A stretch of DNA of 49,845 nucleotides from Acidobacteriota bacterium (GCA_003695625.1 RFIB01000337.1:1-49845), one strand, 5' to 3'. Counted from the stretch's first letter, positions 1 to 9,500 are shown. A program made the numbers and translations. Notes: generated by a model from the letters alone, not told the origin.

Positions 1-1
1 G

Positions 2-2023
2 GAGCGGGCCGAGCTGCTCGGCAAGCCGCTGAGCGAGCTGCGTGCGCGGACGCCGGCCCGTCCGGCCCCGCCCGCGCCGCCGCGCCGGACCTACGGCGGA
101 CCCGGCCCCGGCTCCGCGGCCGGCGCGCCACCGCGCCGTCGCAAGCGCAAGGGCAAGCAGGTCGCCGCCGAGGCCCGCCCCGCGGTGCGCATGCGTCCGC
201 AGCCCGACCTCCCGCCGGTGGGCGAGGTGCGGATCTCGGAAGGCATCACCGTCAAGGACATCGCCGAACGCATGGGCCGCAAGGCCAAGGACGTGATCAC
301 CAAGCTGTTCATGGACAAGAAGCTGGTCGTGACGATCAACCACGCCCTCGACGAGGAGACCGCGGCGTGGGTCGTCGAGGCGTTCGGCGGCACTCCGATC
401 GTCGTCGGCATCGAGGAGGAGGCGATCGCCGAGGTCGCCGGCCCCGAAGCCGAGGTGGCCGGAGGAGAGCCGGTGCCGCGGGCCCCGGTCGTCACGATGA
501 TGGGCCACGTCGACCACGGCAAGACCAGCCTGCTCGACGCGATCAAGAAGACACGCGTCGCCGAGCGCGAGGCGGGCGGGATCACGCAGCACATCGGCGC
601 CTACAAGGTCGAGCAGGTGGTCGAGGGCGAGCCGCGCGAGATCGTGTTCCTCGACACGCCGGGCCACGAGGCGTTCACGCTGATGCGTGCCCGCGGCGCC
701 ACGGTGACCGACATCATCGTGCTCGTCGTCGCCGCGGACGACGGTGTCATGCCGCAGACGATCGAGGCGATCAACCACGCCCGCTCGGCCGGCGTGCCGC
801 TGATCGTCGCCGTGAACAAGATCGACAAGCCGGGAGCCAATCCCGATCGCGTGCTGCAGCAGCTGGCCGAGCACGACGTGCTCGTCGAGCAGTTCGGCGG
901 GGACGTCGTCGCGTGCAACGTGTCGGCAAAGACGCTCGAGGGGATCGATCACCTGCTCGAGATGATCGTGCTCCAGGCCGAGCTGCTCGAGCTGAAGGCG
1001 GATCCGGACCGGCCCGCGACGGGCACGGTGCTCGAGGCACGACTCGACAAGACGCGCGGCCCGGTCGCCACGGTGCTGGTGCAGAACGGCACGCTGCGCG
1101 TCGGCGACGTGTTCATCGTCGGCTCGATCCTCGGCCGCGTCCGTGCGCTGGTCGACGAGCGGGACCGCCGGCTCGAGGAGGCGGGTCCGTCGACACCGGT
1201 CCAGGTCCTCGGACTCGACGACGTGCCCCAGGCCGGCGACCAGCTCCAGGTGTTCGTCGACGAGCAGCGCGCGCGGCAGATCGCGATGTACCGCCAGCAG
1301 AAGCTGCGCGAGGAGCAGCTCCGGCGGCGCCAGACGCTGCCCAGCCTCGAGAGCCTGCATGAGCAGATCAAGGCCGGCGAGGTGCGCGAGCTGCCGGTGA
1401 TTCTCAAGGCCGACGTCCAGGGCTCGGTCGAGGTGCTGACCAAGGCGCTGACCGACCTGTCGACCGACGAGGTTCAGGTCAAGGTGATTCACGCCGCCAC
1501 CGGCGCGATCACCGAGACCGACGTGCTGCTCGCGCAGGCCAGCCGGGCGCTGATCGTCGGGTTCAACGTGCGTCCGCAGCGGGGCGTGCGCGAACTGGCC
1601 GAGCGCGAGGGCGTCGACATCCGGCTGCACACCGTGATCTACAAGGTGACCGAGGAGATCGAGCAGGCGATGCTGGCCACGCTCTCGCCGGTCGAGAAGG
1701 AGGTCTACCTCGGCCGCGCCGAGGTGCTGCAGACCTTCAAGGTGCCGAAGGTCGGCACGATCGCCGGCTGTCGCGTCGTCGACGGGGTGATCCGCCGCGA
1801 CGCCCAGGTGCGCCTGCTGCGCGACAACGTCGTGATCTACGAGGGCCGCGTCTCCTCGCTCAAGCGCTTCAAGGAGGACGCGCGCGAGGTGCGCTCCGGG
1901 TTCGAGTGCGGCATCGGCCTCGAGCGGTTCAACGACCTCAAGGTGGGCGACGAGATCGAGGCGTTCAGGATCGAGCTGGTCAAGCGCGAGTCGCTCGGCG
2001 AGAGGGTCGAGACGACCGACTGA
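2..2023 (+). CDS. infB: Translation initiation factor IF-2 (5'-partial; frame open from window start)
   Basis: GTPase motifs [28 protein letters not shown]-terminal [19 protein letters not shown]. The frame is open upstream of the ORF-track start at 185. Confidence 0.98.
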   Translation, partial: ERAELLGKPLSELRARTPARPAPPAPPRRTYGGPGPGSAAGAPPRRRKRKGKQVAAEARPAVRMRPQPDLPPVGEVRISEGITVKDIAERMGRKAKDVITKLFMDKKLVVTINHALDEETAAWVVEAFGGTPIVVGIEEEAIAEVAGPEAEVAGGEPVPRAPVVTMMGHVDHGKTSLLDAIKKTRVAEREAGGITQHIGAYKVEQVVEGEPREIVFLDTPGHEAFTLMRARGATVTDIIVLVVAADDGVMPQTIEAINHARSAGVPLIVAVNKIDKPGANPDRVLQQLAEHDVLVEQFGGDVVACNVSAKTLEGIDHLLEMIVLQAELLELKADPDRPATGTVLEARLDKTRGPVATVLVQNGTLRVGDVFIVGSILGRVRALVDERDRRLEEAGPSTPVQVLGLDDVPQAGDQLQVFVDEQRARQIAMYRQQKLREEQLRRRQTLPSLESLHEQIKAGEVRELPVILKADVQGSVEVLTKALTDLSTDEVQVKVIHAATGAITETDVLLAQASRALIVGFNVRPQRGVRELAEREGVDIRLHTVIYKVTEEIEQAMLATLSPVEKEVYLGRAEVLQTFKVPKVGTIAGCRVVDGVIRRDAQVRLLRDNVVIYEGRVSSLKRFKEDAREVRSGFECGIGLERFNDLKVGDEIEAFRIELVKRESLGERVETTD

Positions 2024-2090
2024 CCCGGTCACGCCGGACCGCGGCCGGGAGGCCGCCCGCCCGGCCGCCGGCCGCGCGGCGGGGGACACG

Positions 2091-2372
2091 ATGCGCGTCG
2101 GAGTTCTCGTCCTCGAGCTCTACCTGCCCGGCGCCCTGTCGCTCAAGGACAAGCGGCGGGTCGTCCGCGGCCTCAAGGACCGCTGCCGCGCCCGGTTCAA
2201 CGTCGCTGTCGCCGAGGTCGACCACCAGGACCTGCAGCAGCGCGCGGGGATCGCGTTCTCGTCCGTCGCGGGCGACGAGGCGACGCTCCACGGCCTGTTC
2301 GACCGGCTGCGCGAGGAGGCCGAGGCGGTGACCGGCGGGCGCGTCGCCGTCGTCTCCCGGGAGATCCTGTAG
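2091..2372 (+). CDS. DUF503 / YlxP family protein
   Basis: 93 aa; LPGALSLKDKRRVV..LK..RFNVAVAEVDHQD signature; usual position after infB. Confidence 0.9.
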   Translation: MRVGVLVLELYLPGALSLKDKRRVVRGLKDRCRARFNVAVAEVDHQDLQQRAGIAFSSVAGDEATLHGLFDRLREEAEAVTGGRVAVVSREIL

Positions 2373-2375
2373 CGG

Positions 2376-3272
2376 ATGACTCGCCGGGGTGGAATCGTTC
2401 TCGTCGACAAGCCGCCGGACTGGACGAGCCACGACGTGGTCGCGTGGCTCCGCGCCCGTCTCGGCGTGCGCCGCGTCGGCCACGCCGGGACGCTCGACCC
2501 GCTCGCCACCGGGCTCCTGCCGTGCCTGGTCGGGCCGGCGACCCGGCTGACGCGGTGGCTGCACCTGTGGCCCAAGACCTACGTCGGCGAGATCGTGCTC
2601 GGTCTCGAGACGCCGACGGGTGATGCCGAGGGCGTCGACCCCGGAACGCTGCCGGCCGTTCCGCTGCCCCCGGCCCCGGTCCTCGAACGGGCGCGGCGCG
2701 CCCTCGAGGGGGAGATCGAGCAGGTCCCGCCGGCGTTCTCGGCCAAGAAGCTGCGCGGCACGCCCGCCCACCGCCTCGCCCGGCGCGGTCGCGAGCTGCC
2801 GCTCGCCCCGGTGCGGGTGACCGTCCATCGCCTCCGCCTGTGCCGGGCCGGCGACGGCCGGCTCGCGTTCGCGGCACGCGTCTCGTCCGGGACCTACCTG
2901 CGCTCGCTGGCCCGCGATCTCGGGCGGCTGCTCGGCACGGGCGCGTTCCTGGCCCGGCTGCGGCGAACCGCGGTCGGGCCGCTGCGCGTGCGCGGTGCCG
3001 TCCGGCCGCTGTCCCGCCACGAGCGGCAGGCGGCGTCGGGCGAGCCGGCCCTCGCCGTGCTCCCGCCCGAGGCGATCCCCCTCCCCCTTCCGGACGTCGG
3101 CCTGGCCGAGGAGGAGGTCGCCCTGTTCCGCCACGGCCGACCGGTCGCCTGCCCCGGCCTCTCCGCCGTCGAGGGGGCGGTCCGGGTCCTCGGGCCCGGC
3201 GGGATGCTGGCGGGGATCGGCGAGGCCGGGGCGGACGGACGGCTCCAGCCGCGGGTCGTCCTCGACCCCTGA
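2376..3272 (+). CDS. truB: tRNA pseudouridine(55) synthase TruB
   Basis: DKP..WTSHDVV, GHAGTLDPLATG (catalytic Asp), QVPPAFSAKK, SSGTYLRSLARDLG, LRRTAVG. Confidence 0.96.
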   Translation: MTRRGGIVLVDKPPDWTSHDVVAWLRARLGVRRVGHAGTLDPLATGLLPCLVGPATRLTRWLHLWPKTYVGEIVLGLETPTGDAEGVDPGTLPAVPLPPAPVLERARRALEGEIEQVPPAFSAKKLRGTPAHRLARRGRELPLAPVRVTVHRLRLCRAGDGRLAFAARVSSGTYLRSLARDLGRLLGTGAFLARLRRTAVGPLRVRGAVRPLSRHERQAASGEPALAVLPPEAIPLPLPDVGLAEEEVALFRHGRPVACPGLSAVEGAVRVLGPGGMLAGIGEAGADGRLQPRVVLDP

Positions 3273-3301
3273 CACCGGCACGGGGGCTGACCGATGCCTC
3301 C

Positions 3302-3323
3302 CCGGCGCGCCGCGCGCCGGTTT
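3302..3323 (+). terminator. Possible weak intrinsic terminator after truB
   Basis: CCGGCGCG-ccg-CGCGCCGG stem followed by only TTT. Confidence 0.3.
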
Positions 3324-3350
3324 GCCCGGCCTGCCGGCTGGCGGTAGACT
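3322..3350 (+). promoter_or_regulatory. Candidate sigma70 promoter for rpsO-pnp
   Basis: TTGCCC (3322-3327), 17-nt spacer, TAGACT (3345-3350), about 100 nt upstream of the rpsO start. Confidence 0.65.
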
Positions 3351-3365
3351 CCGCGCGGTTCGGTA

Positions 3366-3444
3366 CCGCTCCGGGCGGCCCGGCCGGTCGGAGTCCCCGC
3401 TCAGTTCCGGAGTTCGACAGGCCGCATCGCCGGGTGCGGAGGAG
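3366..3444 (+). promoter_or_regulatory. Structured rpsO 5' leader (candidate S15 autoregulatory element)
   Basis: Nested pairings by eye: CCGC/GCGG, GGCC/GGCC, GTCGGA/TTCGAC, TCC/GGA. The outer stem overlaps the SD GGAGGAG (3438-3444). Confidence 0.5.
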
Positions 3445-3452
3445 ACGGGACG

Positions 3453-3722
3453 TTGCCGCTGACGAAGGACAAGAAGCAGGAGATCATCTCGGAGTACGGC
3501 CGCGCCGAGGCCGACACCGGGACTCCGGAGGTGCAGGTCGCGCTGCTGACCGAGCGCATCCGCTACCTGACCGAGCACTTCAAGGTCCACAAGAAGGACC
3601 ACCACGGGCGGCTCGGGCTGCTCAAGCTCGTCGGTCAGCGCCGGCGGCTGCTCGACTACCTGCGCCGCAAGGATCCGGCGCGCTACCGCGAGCTGATCTC
3701 CCGTCTCGGCCTGCGCAAGTAG
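3453..3722 (+). CDS. rpsO: 30S ribosomal protein S15 (TTG start)
   Basis: 89 aa; [46 protein letters not shown]. Confidence 0.99.
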   Translation: MPLTKDKKQEIISEYGRAEADTGTPEVQVALLTERIRYLTEHFKVHKKDHHGRLGLLKLVGQRRRLLDYLRRKDPARYRELISRLGLRK

Positions 3723-3746
3723 CGCCGCCGAACCCCGACCATCCCA

Positions 3747-3963
3747 GCGGCGCCCGCACGCCGTCGAACGCGCCGCGACGGATGCCGACAGGCCACGGTG
3801 ACTGGACTGCGTAGCCAAACCTGCGAGCCCTCCGCCGCCCCCGCCGGGGCGGGCAGGCGGCTCGTGGTCTTGGCTACTCAGCCCACTCGCCGCGCGCATG
3901 TCGCGCCGTCGTCCGCTCGACGAGCACGGGAGCCGCTCCAACCCGGCTTCGCACGGCGAAGCC
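3747..3963 (+). promoter_or_regulatory. Long irregular hairpin plus short hairpin in the rpsO-pnp spacer (candidate RNase III processing / PNPase autoregulation leader)
   Basis: Nested helices GCGGC/GCCGC, CCCG/CGGG, CGTCGA/TCGACG, CGACGG/CCGTCG, CGACA/TGTCG, GTAGCCAA(3811-3818)/TTGGCTAC(3870-3877), GCGAGCC/GGCTCGT; then GGCTTCGC-acg-GCGAAGCC (3945-3963). Confidence 0.6.
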
Positions 3964-3979
3964 AAGACAGGAGCATTCC

Positions 3980-6085
3980 GTGTCCAACAGCAAGCCGATC
4001 CGCAAGGAGATCAAGGTCGGCCCCCACACGCTGACCGTCGAGACCGGCAAGGTCGCCCGCCAGGCGAGCGGCTCCCTGACGATCCAGCAGGGCGGCACCG
4101 TCGTGCTCGTCACCGCCCAGTCGGCGCGTGATCCCCGCGACATCCCGTTCCTTCCGCTGACCGTCGAGTACCGCGAGGCGATGTACGCCGCCGGGAAGAT
4201 CCCGGGCGGCTTCTTCAAGCGCGAGGGGCGCCCCAACGAGAAGGAGACGCTGACCTGCCGGCTGATCGATCGTCCGCTGCGCCCCCTGTTTCCCGAGGGC
4301 TGGCGGTTCGAGACGCAGGTCATCGCGCTGACGCTGTCTGCCGACAAGGAGTTCAACCCGGACGTGCTCGCCGTCACCGGCGCGTCGTTCGCGCTGACGC
4401 TGTCGGACATTCCATGGGACAACCCGATCGCCGCGGTGCGCGTCGGACTCGTCGACGGCGAGTACGTCATCAACCCGACGCACGCCGAACTCGAGTCGAG
4501 CAAGCTCGACATCGTCGTCGCCGCCAGCGCCGACGCGATCGTCATGGTCGAGGCGGGGGCCCACGAGGCGACCGAGCAGGAGATCATCGGCGCCCTGTAC
4601 GCGGGACACGAGGCGTGTCAGCCGCTGGTCGCCGCCCAGCACGAGCTGGCGCGCGAGGCGGGCAAGCCGAAGCGCGAGTTCACGCCGGCCTCGGTGCCGG
4701 AGGACATCGATCGACTGGTTCACGAGGAACTCGCCGGTCCGCTGCTCGACGCGATGCAGATCAAGGGCAAGCTCGAGTCCTACCGCAAGATCGACGAGCT
4801 GCTGGCGACGTTCATCGAGCGCCACGCCCCCGAGGATCCGGAGCGGCAGGCGGCGATCCGCAGCGCGTTCCATCACCTGCAGGACGAACTGCTCCACGAC
4901 TACACGCTGCGGAACCGCAAGCGGGTCGACGGGCGTCGGCTCGACGAGATCCGGCCGCTCTCGATCGAGGTCGGAGTGCTGCCGCGGACCCACGGTTCCG
5001 CGCTGTTCACGCGCGGCGAGACCCAGGCGCTCGTGCTGACGACGCTGGGCACCTCCGCCGACACGCAGCGCATCGACTGGCTCGAGGCGGAGGGCGAGAA
5101 GCGCTTTATGCTGCACTACAACTTCCCGCCGTTCTCGGTCGGCGAGGTGCGCTTCCTGCGCGGTCCGGGCCGGCGCGAGATCGGACACGGAGCGCTGGCC
5201 GAGCGCGCCCTGCGACCGGTGCTGCCTCCCGAGGAGAAGTTCCCCTACACGGTGCGGCTGGTCTCCGAGATCCTCGAGTCGAACGGCTCGTCGTCGATGG
5301 CCTCGGTCTGCGGCGGATCGCTGTCGCTGATGGACGCGGGCGTGCCCGTCTCCAAGGCGGTGGCGGGGATCGCGATGGGGCTCGTGATGCGTGACGGCGA
5401 ATACGCCGTGCTGACCGACATCGCCGGCGCCGAGGACCACCATGGCGACATGGACTTCAAGGTCGCCGGCACGCGGGACGGGATCACCGCGCTGCAGATG
5501 GACATCAAGATCGCCGGCGTGACGCGCGAGATCATGGCCGAGGCGCTCGAGCAGGCGCGGCGCGCCCGCCTCGAGCTGCTCGACGCCATGGACGGCGTGA
5601 TCGCCCGGCCGCGCGACGACGTCTCGCCGCATGCGCCGCGGATCCTGACGATCGTCATCCCGCGCGACAAGATCCGCGACGTCATCGGCCCGGGCGGCAA
5701 GGTGATCCGCTCGATCCAGGAGAAGACCGGCTGCGAGATCTCGATCGAGGACGACGGCCGCGTCGACATCGCCTCGGTCAACCTCGACAGCGCACAGCAG
5801 GCGGCCGAGATCATCAAGGAGCTGACGGCCGAGGCCGAGCTGGGACGCATCTACGTCGGGCGCGTCGTGCGCACGACGAACTTCGGCGCGTTCGTCGAGA
5901 TCCTCCCCGGCGTCGAAGGACTGCTGCACATCTCCGAGATTGCCGAGCACCGCGTCGAGCAGACCACGGACGAGATCGAGGAGGGCGACGAGGTGCTGGT
6001 CAAGGTGATCGACATCGACGCCCAGGGCCGCGTCCGGCTCTCGCGCAAGGCCGCGATGCGCGAGCGTGCGGGCAAGTCGAGCTGA
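3980..6085 (+). CDS. pnp: Polyribonucleotide nucleotidyltransferase (PNPase)
   Basis: [65 protein letters not shown] (VIGPGGKVI) and S1 domains; SD AGGAG upstream of GTG. Confidence 0.99.
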   Translation: MSNSKPIRKEIKVGPHTLTVETGKVARQASGSLTIQQGGTVVLVTAQSARDPRDIPFLPLTVEYREAMYAAGKIPGGFFKREGRPNEKETLTCRLIDRPLRPLFPEGWRFETQVIALTLSADKEFNPDVLAVTGASFALTLSDIPWDNPIAAVRVGLVDGEYVINPTHAELESSKLDIVVAASADAIVMVEAGAHEATEQEIIGALYAGHEACQPLVAAQHELAREAGKPKREFTPASVPEDIDRLVHEELAGPLLDAMQIKGKLESYRKIDELLATFIERHAPEDPERQAAIRSAFHHLQDELLHDYTLRNRKRVDGRRLDEIRPLSIEVGVLPRTHGSALFTRGETQALVLTTLGTSADTQRIDWLEAEGEKRFMLHYNFPPFSVGEVRFLRGPGRREIGHGALAERALRPVLPPEEKFPYTVRLVSEILESNGSSSMASVCGGSLSLMDAGVPVSKAVAGIAMGLVMRDGEYAVLTDIAGAEDHHGDMDFKVAGTRDGITALQMDIKIAGVTREIMAEALEQARRARLELLDAMDGVIARPRDDVSPHAPRILTIVIPRDKIRDVIGPGGKVIRSIQEKTGCEISIEDDGRVDIASVNLDSAQQAAEIIKELTAEAELGRIYVGRVVRTTNFGAFVEILPGVEGLLHISEIAEHRVEQTTDEIEEGDEVLVKVIDIDAQGRVRLSRKAAMRERAGKSS

Positions 6086-6111
6086 CCTTCCGTCCGTCCG
6101 GACGGCACACG

Positions 6112-6149
6112 CGCCCCGCGGGCCCGCGGTCCGCGGGGCGTAGTATTCT
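6112..6149 (+). terminator. Candidate terminator hairpin after pnp
   Basis: CGCCCCGCGGGCC-cgc-GGTCCGCGGGGCG stem followed by AT-rich TAGTATTCT. Confidence 0.5.
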
Positions 6150-6190
6150 CGGCAGGGCCGGAGGTGGTCTCCGGCGCGGCCGGGGTGTCG

Positions 6191-7345
6191 ATGGCGGAGA
6201 AGCTCGGTGAACTCCTGATCCGCGAGGGGCTGATCGCGGCCGATCAGCTCGAGGAGGCGCTGCGCTCGCAGCGGATCTTCGGCGGCTCGCTCGGCAGCCA
6301 TCTGCTCCAGCTCGGCTACGTCGACGAGGACGCGCTCGGCCGCGCGCTCGGCCGGGTCTACGGCGTCCCGGTCGCCTCGCGGGCGGAGCTGATCGCGGCC
6401 CCGCCCGAGGTGGTGGCGCTGCTGCCGCCGGAGTTCTCGCGCCGTCACCGGGCGCTGCCGTTCAAGCTCGAAGGGCACCGGCTGCACCTGGCCCTGCAGA
6501 ACCCGGCGGACTCGCTCGCGGTCCACGAGGCGTCGTTCCTCACCGGGTTCCAGATCGTCCCCCACGTCAGCCCCGAGGCGGTGCTGCGGGACAGCATCGC
6601 CTATCACCGCCGGGGCGAGCCGGCGGCGGCGACTCCGGCCGCCCGTCCGCCGCGCCGTGAGGCTCCGCCGGCCACGACCCGGGCGGAGCCGGCGGCCCCG
6701 GCCCGCCCGCGGCCGGAGCACCAGACGGGGCCGGTCCGGATCACCAACCCCGTACTCACCGGCGATCCGCCGGTCGGGCTGGCCACCGGTCCGGTCGCGA
6801 TCCCGGCCAGCGCGGAGCGCGCCCGGCGGCACAGTCCGGCCCTGGCCGCGCTCGGCCGCGCACTGGCCTCGGCGAGGAATCGCGACGAACTGCTCGGCGT
6901 GCTGCTCGAGGAGATGACCCACCACGCGAGCCGCGCCCTCGTCCTGCTCGTCCGGCAGGGGCAGGCCGTCGTCTGGAAGGGCGAGGGGTTCGGCACCGTC
7001 CGGCGCCGCCCGGCGCTGCCGCTCGATGCGCCGTCGGTGCTCGACCCGGTCCGCGAGGAGCGTGCGCTGAGCTTCGGACCGGTGGCGATGACACCCGCCA
7101 ACCGCGACTTCTACACGCTGCTCGGCGGCCGTCCCCCGGCGGTCGCCCTGGTCCTGCCGATCTACGTCCGGCGCCGCCCGCTCGTCGTCCTCTACGGGGA
7201 CGAGACCCGCGCGGACAGCCGGCCGCCGGACTTCGCGCGTCTGCGCGCGGTCTCGCGCCTGGCCGCATGGGCGCTCGAGGCGCTGATCCTGCGGGCCAAG
7301 ATCCTGCGCGAGAGCGGCGCCGACGAAGGAGACGGCGAGAAATGA
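6191..7345 (+). CDS. MshEN (GspE/PilB N-terminal) domain protein without ATPase; Pro/Ala linker; GAF-like C-terminal domain
   Basis: KLGELLIREGLIAADQLEEALRSQ..GGSLGSHLLQLGYVDEDALGRAL matches the tandem MshEN motif, followed by T2SSE_N-type ALPF..EG.RLHLALQNP.D. No Walker A/B. ATG at 6191 preferred over GTG at 6164. Confidence 0.75.
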   Translation: MAEKLGELLIREGLIAADQLEEALRSQRIFGGSLGSHLLQLGYVDEDALGRALGRVYGVPVASRAELIAAPPEVVALLPPEFSRRHRALPFKLEGHRLHLALQNPADSLAVHEASFLTGFQIVPHVSPEAVLRDSIAYHRRGEPAAATPAARPPRREAPPATTRAEPAAPARPRPEHQTGPVRITNPVLTGDPPVGLATGPVAIPASAERARRHSPALAALGRALASARNRDELLGVLLEEMTHHASRALVLLVRQGQAVVWKGEGFGTVRRRPALPLDAPSVLDPVREERALSFGPVAMTPANRDFYTLLGGRPPAVALVLPIYVRRRPLVVLYGDETRADSRPPDFARLRAVSRLAAWALEALILRAKILRESGADEGDGEK

Positions 7346-7932
7346 CCGACGACCGGCGGGAGGCGATCGTCCGTCTCGACGAGGCCCTCGGCGACGCGGG
7401 GCGTCGCTCCCTGGCCGAGCTGGCGCGGCGCGAGGCGCTCGACGCCGCCGGGGAACCGCAGCCCGAGCCCGCCTCCACCGGAACGGTGCCGCCGCTCGAG
7501 GTCTACGGCGCGTTCGTCAGTTTCCACCTCGGCGGCCGCCTGCGCGGCTGCATGGGCGTGCTCGGACGGCCGTTCCCGGTCGTCGACGCGGTGCGCGACG
7601 CGGCGCGCTCGGCGGCCGTGCGCGATCCGCGCTTCCCGCCGATGCAGCCCGCCGAGATCCGCGCCGCCGACCTGGAGGTCTCGCTGCTGACGCCGATCGA
7701 ATGGGTCGATCCGGACCTGCTGCCGGACGCGATCCGCATCGGCATCGACGGACTCGTCGCCGAGCAGGGCCCGCAGCGCGGCCTGCTCCTGCCGCAGGTC
7801 GCCACCGAGCACGGCCTCGACGCACCGACGTTCCTGGCCGAGACGTGCCGCAAGGCGGGCCTGCCCCCCGATGCCTGGCGCCACGGCGCCCGCATCGGCC
7901 GCTTCCAGGCGCTGGTGATCAGGGAGGCGTGA
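7342..7932 (+). CDS. amrA: AmmeMemoRadiSam system protein A (AMMECR1 domain)
   Basis: GAFVSF....LRGCMG, DPRFPP, LEVSLLTP, GLLLPQVATEHG, TCRKAGLPPDAW; ATGA overlap with the upstream stop. Confidence 0.9.
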   Translation: MTDDRREAIVRLDEALGDAGRRSLAELARREALDAAGEPQPEPASTGTVPPLEVYGAFVSFHLGGRLRGCMGVLGRPFPVVDAVRDAARSAAVRDPRFPPMQPAEIRAADLEVSLLTPIEWVDPDLLPDAIRIGIDGLVAEQGPQRGLLLPQVATEHGLDAPTFLAETCRKAGLPPDAWRHGARIGRFQALVIREA

Positions 7933-8176
7933 CGTCCTTCTCCCCGGCGCTCCGCCCGGCGAACGCGAGCACGTGGCCGTCGGGATCCAGGCTGCAGGCG
8001 ACGACGTGCCCCCAGTCCCGCAGCGCGACCGGCGAGAGTTCGCTCGCCCCGGCGGACAGCGCGCGCTCGTGGCACGCCGCGGGATCGTCGACGACCAGAT
8101 ACAGCTCGGCGCGCGGGACGCCCGACGCCCGGTCGGGATCGGGCAGCGTCTCGCCGAGGAGCCGCCGGAGATGACC
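7919..8176 (-). pseudogene. 5'-truncated glyoxalase/bleomycin-resistance (VOC) gene remnant
   Basis: 85 codons: RRLLGETLPDPDRASGVPRAELYLVVDDPAACHERALSAGASELSPVALRDWGHVVACSLDPDGHVLAFA, the C-terminal VOC half. No suitable in-frame start between the LysM stop and this segment. Confidence 0.6.
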
Positions 8177-8204
8177 GGGGGCGCGCCCCGCGGGACGCGC
8201 CCCC
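8177..8204 (-). terminator. GC-rich hairpin downstream of the LysM gene
   Basis: Minus strand GGGGGCGCGTCCC-gc-GGGGCGCGCCCCC; the G-U pair works only on the minus-strand RNA; no U tract. Confidence 0.45.
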
Positions 8205-8232
8205 TGATGTTCGGCCTGCTCTCGCGCGGAGC

Positions 8233-9426
8233 TCAGAGCACCTCGGCGCTGTCGCCGATGCGGATCTCGCTGTGCGACTCGATCACCTTGACCGTCGAGC
8301 CGCCGCCCTGGGTCGAGATCACGACGCCCTGCGCGACGACGCGCCGCGGCTCCTCGGGGAGCTCGCCCGGCCGCCAGAACAGCACCCGGTCGCCGGCGGT
8401 CAGGCCCGCGGCCTGGCCGAGGTCGACGCCGACCGTGTCGCCGGCAGCAGCGATCGTCTGCTGCGGATCGGACATCGCGATCACCGTGCCGTTGAGCCGC
8501 CCCGGATACTCGGTCGCCAGCTTGCGCAGGGGGATGCGCTCGATCATCGGGATCGGCATCTCGCGGTACGGGACGAGGTAGTCGCCGACCTCGACCGGAT
8601 CGCAACCCGAGACGATCTCGGCCGTCGCGCTCTGCGACTGGACGGCGATCACGCGCAGACGCGCCATCCGGCGCACGAACACCGCCACCGGCTTGCCGGT
8701 CACCGGGCTGCTGACCGTCCCCTCGGCGCGGATCGCGACGAACTCGCTGCCGGGCTCGATGCCGAGATCCTGGCCCGCGCTGAGGAACACGATGTCCCCC
8801 GGACCCTGGAGCTGCTTCTTCGGCTCCTCGCGTCCGGCGACCGTCAGCGGCGTCGGATCGAACCGCTCCCAGAGCTGCGCGGCGCAGAGCATCTCCTGGG
8901 CCTCGACCGCCGGGACGAGCGTCGGCCGCGCGCGCGGCCGCTCGACCGGCTTCTCCTCGGCGCCGCCGAACGGGACCTCCGGTGCCGGCCGCTCCGGCTC
9001 GACCTGCTCGACGACCTGCTCCTCGACCGGCGCCTGCTCGGGCCCCTGCTCGCCGACCACGGTCGGCGCCGGCGGGATGACGAGCGGATCGCCCGGGTAG
9101 ATCCAGTGGGAGTACGTCACGTAGCGGTTGGCGTCCCAGATCACCGGCCACAGGTACGGATCGCCGTAGTACGTGGCGGCGAGATCCCACAGCGTGTCGC
9201 CCTTCTCGACGACACGCACCTGGACCCCTTCCGGCGGCGTCGGCGGATCGTAGGGTGTCCAGTGACCGTCGACGAACTTGAGGTTGGTGGGCGGCGGCAC
9301 GTAGCCGCGGACCCGCTCGCCCGGTGCCTGCGCCCCCTCCTGGCCCAGTCCGGCGGTCGGCATCGCCGCGGCGAGCGTCGCGCACGCAACCAGGGCGATC
9401 CATGCCCCGTGCCACTCTCTCCTCAT
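8233..9426 (-). CDS. Secreted LysM peptidoglycan-binding protein, TsaP-like architecture
   Basis: Signal peptide; LysM VVEKGDTLWDLAATYYGDPYLWPVIWDAN...WIYPGD; Pro/Glu linker; two beta-rich repeats (GDIVFLSAGQDLGIEPG / GDTVGVDLGQAAGLTAGD); SD GGAGGA. Confidence 0.8.
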   Translation of the reverse strand: MRREWHGAWIALVACATLAAAMPTAGLGQEGAQAPGERVRGYVPPPTNLKFVDGHWTPYDPPTPPEGVQVRVVEKGDTLWDLAATYYGDPYLWPVIWDANRYVTYSHWIYPGDPLVIPPAPTVVGEQGPEQAPVEEQVVEQVEPERPAPEVPFGGAEEKPVERPRARPTLVPAVEAQEMLCAAQLWERFDPTPLTVAGREEPKKQLQGPGDIVFLSAGQDLGIEPGSEFVAIRAEGTVSSPVTGKPVAVFVRRMARLRVIAVQSQSATAEIVSGCDPVEVGDYLVPYREMPIPMIERIPLRKLATEYPGRLNGTVIAMSDPQQTIAAAGDTVGVDLGQAAGLTAGDRVLFWRPGELPEEPRRVVAQGVVISTQGGGSTVKVIESHSEIRIGDSAEVL

Positions 9427-9500
9427 CGGTTCCTCCGTGAACCGCCGCCGGCCGACGGCGGCGCACTCTGGCCGGTTCGGCCGGCCGTGCCCGCAGGGCG

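Noticed and set aside
3878..6925. 1015-aa minus-strand ORF
   Set aside because: Antisense shadow of pnp and the MshEN gene; GC-rich codon bias suppresses stops; no recognisable motifs.
7919..9466. 515-aa ORF as a single gene
   Set aside because: Only the last 85 codons look protein-like (VOC remnant); the rest is an alternate frame of the LysM gene.
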